Positions 50,301 through 63,399 of a stretch of DNA of 64,000 bases are shown here, one piece after another. The notes under the pieces were generated by a model, which was not told the origin of the DNA, did not search any database, and worked only from the letters and a program-made list of their open reading frames with translations. The stretch is from Lama guanicoe (taxonomy: Eukaryota). The DNA is taken from positions 4,556,123-4,620,122 of the forward strand of contig MU053557.1 in NCBI GenBank assembly GCA_013239625.1, given 5' to 3'. Within the stretch, counting starts at the first letter, position 1. Each line of letters starts with the position of its first letter. The translations under genes were made by a program, and so were the position numbers.

Positions 50301-53300
50301 CGAATTGTCATTTAAACTGTTTCCCACTCTTTTTTGCATTACAAGTAAAATAGTGCAATGGAGTAAGCAGTAAAATGCTGCAGTGGAACTTCCTCTCTGC
50401 CCACTTTGTGAATGCTCCTCTTTGTCAGAAGGAGGACTTTGCTCTTAGATGCAACCCCCAAATGGAAGCAGAATCAGCCGTGGGAATTTCTGGCAACCAA
50501 ATGGTCACCTAGAACCCAGAGACCTTGCCTCAGCACTGCCGTCCTCACCATTAGCCCGCTGCAGGCTGTTTGCCAATTCCCAACGCCTTTTGGATTCTGT
50601 AGAAAGAGGAACTTGTTTTTGATGAACTCTAAAAACTCTCACAGTAATGACAGTCTAAAACTCTGTGATCCCAGGTAGTGAACGTGTAGGGTTCTCTCAC
50701 AAGTGGAAGTTTGATGCCCTTTCAGAGGTCATGAGGTGCTTGCAGAAGGCCTGTGGATTGTAGTGTGACCCTCCAGGCAGTGGCACACACTGTAATGGTG
50801 AGATGGCTGGTGCACATACGCCGCTGAGATCTGCTGGCCCTTCTCCGTGGCCGTCCTGGATAGCAGGGCATATGATGTCACCTTTTGCAAATTCTGTGTA
50901 AATAACTAAGTTATAATGAGTGAGGGGGAAATAATCCCCACCTACTTTGCATAGACTTTAGTCTACAAAGCACACAGGTTCTCATTTCATTCCTGGAACA
51001 ACCCTGAGATACACACAGGAAAGGGAGAATTATAATATATTTTATAATAATGTTAATGGACTTGTTATTCATTACAGCCAAGTAGATTAAGACAACAAAG
51101 ATTAACTGGTTGCCCAAGGCCACGCAGCTAGGAAGGGAGGGCAAAGCTGGAACCCAGGTCTTCTGATTCCCTGTCCTGTTCTCATGCACAGGGCAGCACT
51201 GGACTTTCCAGCTGCATGGCTGTGAAGACCTGTCTGTAATCCTTAAAAGCTAGGAGAAATATGCATCCTTAGCAGATTCTGAAGGATTTAGTGGAAGACC
51301 ATATTCAGAGATAGAATTTAGGTCTTAAAGAGCCAAGCGAATAGAGGGAGGAGAGCCAGATTTTGGGGGAGAGGGCATGGGAATTAATGTAACTGAACTC
51401 TAAGAAGAAATGAATAAGTTCAAGTTGTCTGAGGGGCTTTCACTCCACACATTAAGTAAAGACCTTCTCTGGAATACCTGAGCTAGCTGGTCACAAAGTC
51501 CTCTCTAGGGACTTGGCAATTAAGCTGAGACCTTGGGGATAAGCAGATTCCAGCTTTGCAAAGAAACAGGAGAAAAGCAAACAAGGTATAGGCAACAGCA
51601 TATGTGAAGTTTCCAAGATGGACAAACCCACTGAAAGGCCAAGGAGTCCCTCTGTGCAGGGAGCCAAAGGGGAGGGGGGGATATAAAATAAGGTGGGCCC
51701 CCGCTACTGACTGCTCTGGGCTCAGATGGGACTTGAGGGGATCTTAAGGAAATGACTGACTTTATTCATGGGAAGCACAGCAGAGGAGGTTTCTGCCAGG
51801 AGAAGGACAGGTGGAAGAGAAAGTATGGATGAGTAATGAGTAAGAGTCAGTCCCTTAATCCGTAAAGTGGAAGAGTCGGATAGAAGGTCACCGAGGTCCC
51901 TTTTAGGTTGGGTGTACCAACACTGCAATAGCCCAGAGGAGGCTGGCCAAGGGAATGGCAGGCCCTAGTCCAGCCCTCACGACTCCCGGATTCCCATCCG
52001 GAGCTGGCTCCACCCCAGCTCCTTGCTTCTGCTGGCAGGAAGGAGGTTCAGGCTGCGGTCGGATGTGAGCGTGAGGCCTCCGCAGAGCCCCGCGGTGGGA
52101 CCGTCTGCCCGGAGCGTCCCCACGGCCAGCGCTGCAGCCTCCAACCCGCTGGCCTCAAAGCCAGTTCCTTTGTTCCCCCCAGAAGCTTCCCAAAGACCGC
52201 AGGAACCCCTTTAATTTTCCTTAAACATTTCTCCACAAAACAGTATGAGGAACAGGAGGAAAAGCATGGCCCTATGACAAAGCTGCCTCCGCTAGAAAAA
52301 CCAGCCTGCGACCTGCCAATTCCTTAGGTTTCAGGGCTCCCCTGGGAAGCAAAGAGGTGCAGACATGGAGTTAGGAAGCACCATGCATTTCCTGGCGGGA
52401 AGAGCACTCTCCACTCAGGACCTGGGTCTCGGCGCAACCCAGCGGTGCCCCTGGGGGATCAAGGGCCCTGCACCAGCCTAGAACATGGTCAGACTTGCCC
52501 AGCTCCAGCCACAGGACACTCAGATGCTTAGAGTGAAAGGAACCTTGGGACTCAATCTGTTTCAAGCCTCCATGTATAAATGTGGAAACTCTGGCCCAGA
52601 GAGGGTCACCTTGCAAATCAGTAAGGTTGTTCCAAAGTGAATAAAGCCAGGTGTGTGAGCATTTACTAGATGTCTGGCACTGTGCTAAGTTGTTAATGTC
52701 TCCCTGCTGTTAGCACTCAGTGACGTAGGCACTGCTATGATCTCTGCTTCACACACTCAGAAGCTGTGGCCTAGAGAGGTTAAGCCACTTGCCTAAGGTC
52801 ACACAGCTGTGATGAGTAGAGCTGGGATTCTACTCCAGACCACTGTATCCCACTCCCCAGGCTTTGACATCCTGCTGCATCAGGACTGTAAGCAGCATCT
52901 CTGACCTCCCAGTCCATTTCCACCCCAGGTTTGTTAATCCTGAATGTGGTCTTGACTATGTGCCTCCCACTCAGCTCTTCCACAAAGAAGCCGGCACACC
53001 TGTGTCCTGGCCTCCCTCCCCCACGGACCTTTGACTCTTTTTTGCCACTTAGTTCTGCACTCTCTCCTTCCCCCAGCCCTACACCAAATCAGCATGGTGG
53101 TTCCCTCCTCTTCAGCCTCAGCTCAAATGCCAGCCGTTGAGGAAGACACCTGTTTCCAGGTGTCCATGATTGCCCCTCCGCTCTTACTTTGCAGATTGTA
53201 ATCATAAGTCTGTGTTTACTTATGTATTGACTCCTCCCCCTATTTCTGGTCAACATGGTGCCTGGCATAGAATAAACAATCAGAAGTTGTTGAAAGCATG

Positions 53301-56300
53301 AAAAAATGAACTAAAAACCTTAGTCCTTCAAATTAATGTCTGCCCAGATCTCTCACATCTAACACTTGTCCAGCTGACTTGGTTAAACCTACATAATCCA
53401 AAAACTTACCTTAATCCAAGGGCCTGGTAATTAGGAGTGTGCCCTTCCAGGTCTTTCTCTATGCATTATAGGTATACATACATGTAGCACCTACATAGGA
53501 TCCCATTTGTAGAAAAATGATTTCACTATTTTAGATGATATATTGTATATATCCTATATGTTCTCTATATTATATATGTATTATATCATACATAATAAAA
53601 TATACCCACATATATACATTATCCCAAAGAACATACTATATATATGTTTCTGCAATGTTCTTTTCTTATTTAATCACATACAATGAAAATCTTCCCTCAC
53701 GACCACATGTAGATCTGTCTCATGTTAACAACTGCATACTATTTTTCAAATAAAAATAAAGGGAGTACTCCCTCTTGGTGAGATATTCAAACAGCCTAGG
53801 GATGGCAAGTAGAAACTCTCAGATCACAAGCACCTCTGCCTAGCCTTCCCATCCCTCACAGGCCAGAAGGATTTTGTGTTCAAGAGGAGGATGGATGAGA
53901 GCGTACCCATGAGTGGACGGGAGCAGCGCAGGAGTGGACAGGAGGCAGGCTGATGTGGAGGGCAGACGTGTAGGATGGAGCTGGAAGGGCACACGAGAAA
54001 GGCAATGGGAAAGAAAAGCTGGGGGTCTAGGGCTGTGTCCGTCCATAACAGCAATGAGGGGGCAGAGAGTGGGGAGGGGAGCCAGACCACTCTGTGTGGG
54101 GACAGGAAGTCAGAGAAGAAGAGAAGCGTTATAGGGGGAGCACTCGGAGTGAAACTGGCCCCCCAGCTTTCCTCTTTCCCCCTGAAGAAGGTGGAAAGTC
54201 TGTTTCCCAATGGTTTTGCCAGCTGGTTTTCCAACACCCAGGAGCATTTGACTATTTCCGAGGGAGACTTGTTTATCTCCATTCTGGAGTCTTAAAGTTC
54301 AAAACAAACTTCCAAACAAAGGGACCCTCTGCTCTTCGGGTCTCGGCTCCATTCTCTTGCAAGGGCAGAGCCAGGATTCTGCTTTCCTGATGATTTTCAC
54401 AGCCCATTCCACCGAGGATCCCACCCCCAGCTTCCTCCTGCGTCTTTCCCGGCTGCCTCCATTGTTGTGGACATCCTCACCCGTATAGCTTCTCTAGCTT
54501 CTTTTAACCCTTTTCTCCCCATCCTTGAAATTGCGCAGGGAAAATGAGATTGTTTCCCCAACAGAAGCTAATCGAGGCTTTTTAGAGTAGATCCATGGTC
54601 CCTTCAAAGAGCTGAACTCATCAGCAGCCCGCTGGGTTAGGTATTAAAAAGAACCCTGGACATGAAGAGCTGGTCAGTTAAGCCCTCTGTCGTTGGAGAA
54701 CTCTGAGGCATATTTTCATGGCCACTGCTCTGTGGAAAAGCCCAACAGGTCAGTAGAAAATTGACAAGACTGTCTTAGGGGGTGAGTATAAGTGAGGGAT
54801 GATACTAATAATTAACATATGTCAAGTCTTCACTTGCCAAGCATTACACTGAGTACTTTCACACACACAGCATTCCGTGAGGTAGGCACCATATTATAAC
54901 CGTTTTACAGTTGAATATGAGGCTCACAGAGGCTGAGTCTCTTGCTTGGAAGTGATGGAGCTGAGATTGAAAATCAGCCAGGCTGGTAAGTGCTCCTGGG
55001 CTCTTAACCAAGCCACCACCTGGTTTACCTGATTCACACTTGGCTGAGTTAATTGTTGTCTACCTCCACTTCCCACCAAAGGATTTATGTTCTAGGAGGG
55101 CAGGGTCCTTGTTTGTCTTGTTGTCCCCACCTGCCAGCACAGGGCCAAGCACAAAGTAGATACTCAGTAAATGAATTAATGAATGAAAAATACGCTTTTA
55201 TTTGACTATGTAAACCTGAACTCTGAAAAGTTCTGCAAACCTTGAGGCTTTGGGTGATAACTTAGTGTGTTCAGTGAACAGGCCTATTAATTTTACATAT
55301 TTAATTTATATGAACTTTCTCCCAGGGAAAAAATATCTTTTTTTCTAAATAGTAGAACCTAGCAAGGTACATGTAACTTGGGGATTGGATAAGGAATCTC
55401 AATCTGAGAAATGTAGGAGGTCTCTAACGAGATCTTTGGGACTCATTTAAATAATTATTAAGCACTACTGTGTTTTGAAAGCTGTTCTAGGCCTTTTCAG
55501 AAGCAAAGAGGGGTCTGTGAATCACCTGGGATCCTTGTTTAACATGCAGAGCCAGAGAACCAGGAACCATTTTTTGCAGATCTCTCAGGTGATTGTTATA
55601 CAAACAAAACTGTGAGGAGGTTGCAGTTACACCTCCTCCACTCAAAGAAATTCCTAAAAAGCTATTGAAATGTGTTTCAAATCCAATGACCCTTCAATTT
55701 ATCTAAAGATCCTTTAACTGCTATCACGTCTTGGGGTCAAGAGCCATATCAAATTTTTTCACTCTGTGTAAGGCAGAAACATTGTGTTTATCTAAAAAAG
55801 ATGTTCTTTTCCTAGTTTTAAGAGGAGGGCTATCTACCCTTACCCTGACATCCCAGATTCTGGTGCCCTGACTCACTCTCACAAGGGACTACGCTAGAAA
55901 TGAGAAGATATGGTTCAGTTCTGCCACCAGATGCTGTGTGTCTGAGGGCAGGTAGCTCAGCCTCTCTGACCCACTGTTTCCTTATCTATAAGTTGGGGAT
56001 GTGTTCACAGCTTTTTGATTCTATGCATACTCTAACCAGAGTCATTCTGTAGACAGGGACTATGTGGCCTTTCAGTCTTGTTTTTCTACTCAAAAGTGAT
56101 GCTTCTGTGACCATGAACTAGGTTCACAAGGTGACAGGGTAGGTAGTCAGGGAAATATAAAGAACCTCACCCCACTGAATTAATCATGGCCAAGAAAATC
56201 AGAATAAAGTTTTCTGTAATACACGCCTACAAAAACTATAGGGGGAAAAAACAACTTTTGGACAAGAGTTAGTGGCCGTACAAAACTGGGTGAACCAGTG

Positions 56301-56530
56301 AGGTTAAGTCATGAGGCCACATGCCAGCTCTTTGCCTCAGACAGGGAAGTGTTTCAAGGTGGGGATTCCTAGACCTTCTACTCTGAGGGCTTCGTGATAT
56401 TAGACCCAGAGAAGACCCAGGACGTTCTGTCAACAAATATTTATCGATACCTACCACGTGTTGGGTGCTTTTCTAGGTATTGAGGGCCTGGCAATGAATC
56501 TTACGGATAAGACCCATACTTTGATAGAGT

Positions 56531-57000
56531 TAACAGTCTCATGGGGAAGAGAGATGATAAACAACTGTAACAAATGAATCAGTGATAAGGGGTACGAAGG
56601 GGGAGGTAGGGACAGAAGTTAAGTCTTCTTAACCCCTAATGTCTCACCCACTTGTCCAGCCGCCACCTTCCACACTTGAGGAAGATGACGCAGACGGCAC
56701 TGATCTGCTCAAGACCAGACTACACCCATCTGTTTCCAAGCAGGATTAGAAGCTAACACTGTCTTCCTGCAACGCCAATCCTTTCTTCACAGCCCCTCCC
56801 GATGACGTGTCTATTTTCCTATCATTGTTTAGCTTTTAGAACCCAGTACTCAGGGAGGGGAAACAGCGCTCAGGCATCCCCTTGCTGGCCCCAGGACGCA
56901 AGGGCCCCATCCATCCCCCTTCACTCCCCAGGACCCAGGGAGAAACCCCGGCGGGGCGGGGCCTGGATACGCACCGGCGCGTCCACCAGGTGGCAGCAGC
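56531..57000 (+). promoter_or_regulatory. ABLIM3: ABLIM3 promoter: CRE-like TGACG half-sites, CCAAT, GC boxes, CTCF motif at 56983-56997
   Basis: CpG-rich region with ggggcgggg boxes at ~56950-56961, directly upstream of exon 1. Confidence 0.75.
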
Positions 57001-57171
57001 GAGCGGCCGCGCCCCCCGCGCAGCCACGCCGCGAGCCCGCATCATGGATGTCGAGCTCTCCTATTTCGCTTCGCTCGCCTTGGAATTCGAGACCCCAGAA
57101 GAGGACCAGGATTCATGAGCCGGTCGCAGGGGCCCGGACTGGGGCCTCTGGCTCCCGACACTGGCCGAGAG
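57000..57171 (+). other. ABLIM3: ABLIM3 5'UTR exon 1 (start approximate), containing uORFs
   Basis: Inside the CpG island; strong donor GAG|gtgagt at 57171/57172; next acceptor ccctttcaccctctag at 57543. Confidence 0.75.
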
Positions 57172-57630
57172 GTGAGTCCTGGGGCGGGCCGCTGCTCGCG
57201 GCAGCCGGGCGGGGACGCGCTGCCCAGCTGAGCCGGGCGCCCCGCGCGTTGCCCCCGCCCTGCCTCCCTGTGGTCCACACCCCCTTTGGGCTCCCGAGCT
57301 GCTGGGCTGCAACAGTCGGGGGTGTGCGCGAGCAGGCGCTGCCAGCCTGGCTTCTGCCGGGCAGTCAGGTTCCAGGAGCTGGAGGACCTAGGCGCCCGTA
57401 TCCTCTCTGCCTCCGCCTCCCTCCTGCTCTCACCTGCGCCAATTAGTCTACTCGCCTTCAAGGCCAGTGGCTACAGCCAAGACGGAGAGGGGACAGCACC
57501 TGAGGATACAGAGCTAGCATTGGACTGCCCTTTCACCCTCTAGGTGATGAGTGAGGTCGGAAGATCTGAAGATTTAAAAAGCAACGGGAGCCTACGTATT
57601 GAATGAAAGATCCAGTGCGAAGGCATCACC

Positions 57631-57643
57631 ATGAACACGAGCA
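57631..57643 (+). CDS. ABLIM3: ABLIM3 first coding bases (MNTS + 1 nt) in exon 57544-57643
   Basis: atcaccATGAACACGAGCA|gtaagt. Recalled human ABLIM3 begins MNTSIPYQQ, and ABLIM3 is the known divergent neighbour of SH3TC2. Confidence 0.9.
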
Positions 57644-60600
57644 GTAAGTGGGTCCTCCTCTCCTTTGCCATGGGAACAGGGTGGGGGCGGGAGGTGCAGG
57701 AGCCTGCGCTGGGGCTGCCTCGAAGGAGGAAGGAAGCCTGGCCCGGGGTGGACACCAGGCCCCCAGACTCCTCCTTGGTCCTTTCTGTGCTCCCAGGCAC
57801 AAGGATATGGCTTCAGCTTTTCATGATAATTTAACTAATGTTTTATCGGCAGCGTCACTCGCCTCTGTGGGGAGGCTGCTTGTCTCCTTCTAGCAATGCC
57901 TGGGAAGGCCTAGGAAGCAGTAGTGTGGCCATTGTCTGACTGTGGGGGCTCTGAGGAGACCTCCCGGCACACAGCTGGAAAGCCATGGAAGGCCCAGCTT
58001 GCCCTGGAGCTGGGAGGAGCAGGGAGGCTGGCCCTCCCGCTGGTGGGTGGGTGGATGTGGGCAGGCCCTGGGATAGGAACCAGCAGTTTGATAAACAAAT
58101 CATCAGGAAGCCACCTTTGGATCTGGAGGTTGTGAAATAGCCCGCTCTTGTGTGCAGGCAGCCCCATGGGCCCAGGGCTGATTTTTTCACACACCTGCAG
58201 GCTGTCTAGCCATCCTGTGAAAGAGGGAAAAAGAGACAAGCCTTTGGCCAATGTTTCTAACATGCTGGAGGCAGCAACTGCTTTGCAGAGCCAGGACCAG
58301 ACATTTTGCTGCTGAGCTGAGCCTCAACTGCTGAGAAATGCAGTAAGAAGTACAAGGAGGCCCACTCTATTTCTCTTCAACATCATTCCTTTGCCCATGG
58401 GCTGCTGGGGCAGGTGGTCTGGGCACCACCCTAGAGGGAGGTCTGGGTTCAAGCCCCTCCTCCTGCCACTGGGCCAGCTTAGCTTGCCTGGGTTATTCAG
58501 CAGCAGGTGGGGTTGTTGAACTGGAGAACCCCTAGGAACGTTCACTTCCCTGGGTCTATGACTTCGCCGTCTCCTCTCTGGATCTCAGATTGCTCATTGT
58601 AAGATGAGAAGAGTTGAATTAGAGGTCTTGCTAAGCTAAGAATCTGCAAGTTTCTTCTAAAAAAGCTAGAACTGAGAAGCAAGGCCCGAAAAAATCAGTA
58701 CTTCTGTGTCAGACCAAACCCAGTTTCTTCCCCTCCCTCCATTTCAGGGCTGTTGGCATGGAGGGGAGGAAAACAAAGCGAAAGCCAGGGAGATGGAAAT
58801 GAAATATATTTATTTACTATGTATTTGTATGACTCATCTCTCTGCCGTCTTCCTTTGTGTATTACATAGCTATGCTAAGCAAGCGATTGTAGCTGGACTC
58901 CCTCTGCCTCTTACAGCCCAAGCATTTTGACTCTTGATTGTGATCATCTGGAAAGGGGCTGGGGCTTCACACCAGGCTGAGGAGAAGAGCAATATTAGGT
59001 AGACCTGACCACCTAGTGGGCCACGTATTTGCATCCGTGTGCTTTCGACGAGTAAAGATGTGAACTGCCTGTCACTTCCCACTATCTCTAGGGAAAATAT
59101 GTATTTATGGGAGCTCTTTCGCACTAAATGACAGAAGAGAAAGATGGCTCATCTGTTTTTCACGGAACTAAGAAATAAGGAAATAAGTGGCTTGCCCTTC
59201 TCTCTGAAATTGTAAGGAGCTCTTGTCCCATTAGCAGCACTGAGTATTCCTAAAAGAAGGAAACGGAATTTACTTTTTTTTAGACATAACAACCAATAGA
59301 ATTGAATACTGCAGAAGAAGAGAGTGCATTTTTGTTAGTCCTCTTCTCCCACAGTATTCAATTCTACTGGTTGTTACGTCTTAAAACCCAATCCTCATGC
59401 CCGCAGTTAAACCTAAGAGAAACTCTTACTCAATTTTTCTTTCCCTTCCTCCTACCGAGGCCTCACTCTTTACCAAGCACTGTGCTATGCATTTCACCTG
59501 CACCTTCTCCCCAGAATCTCCCACCCAGCCTGTGAGACGGGCATTATTGCTCCAGTTTTACAGGTGAAACCTTTGAGCCAAAGTTCAATAACTTCTTCAA
59601 ATCATGCAGGTGATTGTTGGATTATGAAAGGTACTTGGGTGCATAACATTTTTGACAGTGCGGACTGTTCCTAATGAGAGATTTAAATGTCACCATTGAG
59701 GTGGGGGCGGGGCAAAGCATGCGCTGATTATTAGGCTGCTAATCGCTTCACCTGTGGAGCGGTGAAGTGGAGCGTGCGCTGCGCGTGAGAGTTGATAGAG
59801 TTCACGCCTTGAAATCAGGTGATCCCAGGTTCTAGTTCTTTCGGCTGTATGGTCCTCAGCATAATTGTCTTATCTGCAAAATGGGAATGGTGCGACCTAC
59901 CTCAGCACAGAACGGAGATAAATGTTCATGTGTAAAATTGAGAGAGTGGTATCCGGGCAGGGCTGGTGTCTTGTGAGCGATGGTGGCCAGGCTGTCATCA
60001 TCACTGCCGTGGTCATTGTGGTTCTTGTCCTTGGCTTTATGACATTAGCAGGCAAGTCACTCACCCTCTCAGTGTCACAACTTTGTCATAAATTCAGATG
60101 AATATGGAAGTGTGATCTTGAGGATTAAACAGGATTGTGACAGATTGCTTTGTAAATATGTGTAAATTGTTTTTATTAATAAGAAACACGTGTCTCAGAT
60201 GGCAAATCCAGGGTAGTGCCCAGTGACTCATCAGAGTACATTTTAATTTCATCAGTATTCTTTCTTCTGAAATCTAGCTGACCTTTAGCATGCCACAAAG
60301 CAGGACCATGAGAGGAAGGGGTAATTTTGGAGATGACCGAGTAGGGTCCAGACCTGGCAGAATGCAACAGGTGGGCTCCAGCCCTTGGAGCCAGTAAGGC
60401 AGACGGGGAGGAGGGCTCCTTACAGAAAGAACAAGATGCCAAAGGCATGAGCAGGACTCCCAGGCTAGTACTGACATGGTTCCTCCCATGGGCCAAAGGC
60501 TTCAGGGTAAACAGAGCCATCATTTCTACCTTGGCCTCTGTGGGGTGGGACTGCTTCCCCTGCAGGCACCCAGCCTAATTCCAAGGATCTGTCTTTTGAC

Positions 60601-61719
60601 TCCTGACCTGCTGAGGCAGCCCCTTAACTGGCCTCCCTTTACCCACTCCAGCCCCCTCCAGTCTCCCCCCACCCCACTGCATCATGCTCTGCTTAAAATG
60701 CAGATCCCATTGCTCTTAAGATGCAAGAGGAAAGCCCTCAGCAAGGCCTGCAGGATCCCCTGTGGCCCGGCCTTGCTCACGGCCCCAGCTCATCCACACT
60801 GCACCATTCTCCAGTTCCCATCATGTTTGCCTCCTTCCATTCCCCTGAGGACCTGTTCCTTCCTCCTGGAAAGCTCTCTCTTCCTCCAGCACCAGCCCCT
60901 CTGCCCAACACCCCTCTTCATCCAGGCTGGCTTCCTCCCACTACCGTTCCCCAGTTCAGCTCACATCCCCCAGTGTTGCTCTCCGTGCACCTTGGCCCTG
61001 TTCTTTAGGAACCTTGTCTCCGCCATCACACACTCACTCCTGTGGTCTCTGGCCATTTTCCTGCACCCACAGAGCAAGGAAGGCACTGACTCGAGACCCC
61101 TCACTCTCACACAGTCCCCAAAGCCATGAGGGCTTCACCACCTAATGTGCGTTTTCTTACACAACAATAAATCTTTGGTTATTCTACGTCAGTGTCTCCC
61201 AGCCCCACGTTGGCCCCAGGAGTTCCCAGGTCAATTCAGTCTCCACTGGGTCCACAGCCAGGGGCGTTGACTTGACCCCAGAGCGTCAGAGGCCCTGACG
61301 GCCTCTCTTGCCCTTTTAGATTCATGCATATACAGTACCAGGTTGATCATCTTCCTGAAGGCTTCCTGAAAGCCATGGCTCCCCTACGTACAGAGCCCAG
61401 TGCTGGGTACAATACCAGCGAAAAATGCTAATTTTCAACTAGAGGATTTGGCTCTTACGACACCATCATTTCAGAACTTTGCTCTCTACTCAATGGCCAG
61501 CTCAACTCCAGGAGAAAGGAGCTGAATCTGAAGTTGAGTTAAGATCCTAGAAGAGAGGCAGAAAAGGTCTGAGGGCCAGGATTTTGTAGTTGTAAGAATA
61601 GAAGTAGGGGAGAAGATCCTTTGGGAGTTAACATCCGCGTGGCCTTGCACCTGACTGAGTTATAAGGTGAAGGAGGTGGGGAGTTGGCGTTAGGGTCTCA
61701 GCAGGGAACAGATGGGCGA

Positions 61720-62100
61720 TTTGAGGGGAGTTAAACAGGAGTCTTTGCCAGCGTGCGAGGAGGGTGTAGGGAAGAGAGCAAGGAGAAGCCAGGGTGGCCC
61801 AGGACCGTTCTTACCACGACTGCCCCCAGCCTAAAGAGGCAAGAAAGAAAGGAAGCCGGAGGCCCAGCTTGCTGCAGGGGAAGGTCTGCAGGGAGGAGTG
61901 GTGGCCCCGGGCTCCCAGAAGGCAGCTCGCCCTCGGCCACACCCCAAGGAAGGAACTGGGGAAAGAGTATCTCGACCTCTCTCTCCTTCCTCCCCTGGAT
62001 TTCCTGCGGCGCTCCCCAACCCCACCCCCGGGGCCCAATCCAACCAGGAGCCACAGGGCAAGGTAGGCAATTGATGGGCCCATCAGGGTGAGCCTGACCT
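61720..62100. mobile_element. Old MLT1-like LTR fragment
   Basis: Resembles the 13985-14390 element (cccaatccaaccaggagccacagggcaagg..gatgggcccatcagggtgagcct). Confidence 0.55.
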
Positions 62101-62977
62101 GGGACATCGCGGGGTCGAGAAGGAGCAGAGTGGCCCTCAGGAGGCGAGGGATTTCAGAACTGATGACACCCAGACAGGGAGCATAGTGACCTTCCTCAGC
62201 TAATGTCGTTGCCCAGGTCAGGAACTGTATGAATTCCTGAAGAAAAGGATCCATTATAAACACAAACACAGGAGGGTGCCCTCTAAAGCAATTCTCGACT
62301 TACAAAACAGATGAAATAGAGATGATTGTATATTTTATAAGGATAGAGACTTTTTTTTTTAATCAGTGCTTACTGGGTGAATGGAGCACTTGTAGACAGA
62401 TGACCACTTGAAGCTAAGTGGGGGTTAGAGGAAGAGTGTAAGGAACAATGTTAAAACCACCCAAAATGAGTCTAGCACATCTCTGCAAATCCACAGTGTG
62501 ACTTCAGGAGCACTTGCATTGTGTAAAGGAAGCAGTGTCAATTCTGAACTCCAGCTTTCCTATCTGGCAAAAGCTTTATCTGGCTAACATCTGCTGTTTC
62601 GAATGGTCAACAACTGGCCGGTACCCAGCATTAGCCAGATACCATTGTAAAGAACAGAAAACAGCCAGAAGTGTTTAAGCACCTCTTACTTGTTGGATAT
62701 TTTGCCGGTTAAATCGTTCTTCTGCAGTTCTTAAGGGCACAGACTGGAACTAAATAGCTGGGTTCAAATTCCGGCCCCGCCTTTGACTTGCTGTGTGTGC
62801 TTGGGCAGGTCACTTATCTTCTCTGCACCACATCTTGAATGATAATCTCAGGAAGTATAACAATAGTGAGTTGTTAAAATGAATAAATAAGTTAATAGTT
62901 GTAACCTAAACAAGTGCTTAAGTTGCTTAAAACAGCACCTGGCATATAGCAGATGTTTGTAAAACAATAAAAATAGT

Positions 62978-63399
62978 GTATATTACTTTGCTGGAGCTGC
63001 CATAATGAAGTATCACAAACCAGGTGGCTTAAATAAGAGAAATGTATTATCTCACAGCTCTGGCGCTTAAACTCCAAAACTAGAGTATCTTCAGCGGGTT
63101 GGTTCCTTCTGAGGCCACAGGGAAAGGATCTGCTCCACCCAGGCCTCTTTCTTGGTTGTGGATGGCCGTCTTCTCCCTGTGTCTCTTCACATCATATTCC
63201 CTCAGTGTGTGTCTGTGTCCAAATCCCCCTTTTGATAAGGACACTGGTCTTTCTAGATTAGGGCCCACCCTAATGACTTCATTTTAACTTGATTACCTCT
63301 TTAAAGACCCTTACTCCAAATACAGTCACATTCTGAGCTACCAGGGTTTAGGATTTCAACATATGAATTTCAGGGAGGGGACCCAATTCCACCCATAAC
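62978..63399 (-). mobile_element. MLT1 solo LTR (MLT1B/C-like)
   Basis: tgtatattactt..ctgccataa..ggtggcttaaa..tctcacagctctgg..attagggcccaccctaatgacttcattttaacttgattacctct..cccataac. Confidence 0.85.
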
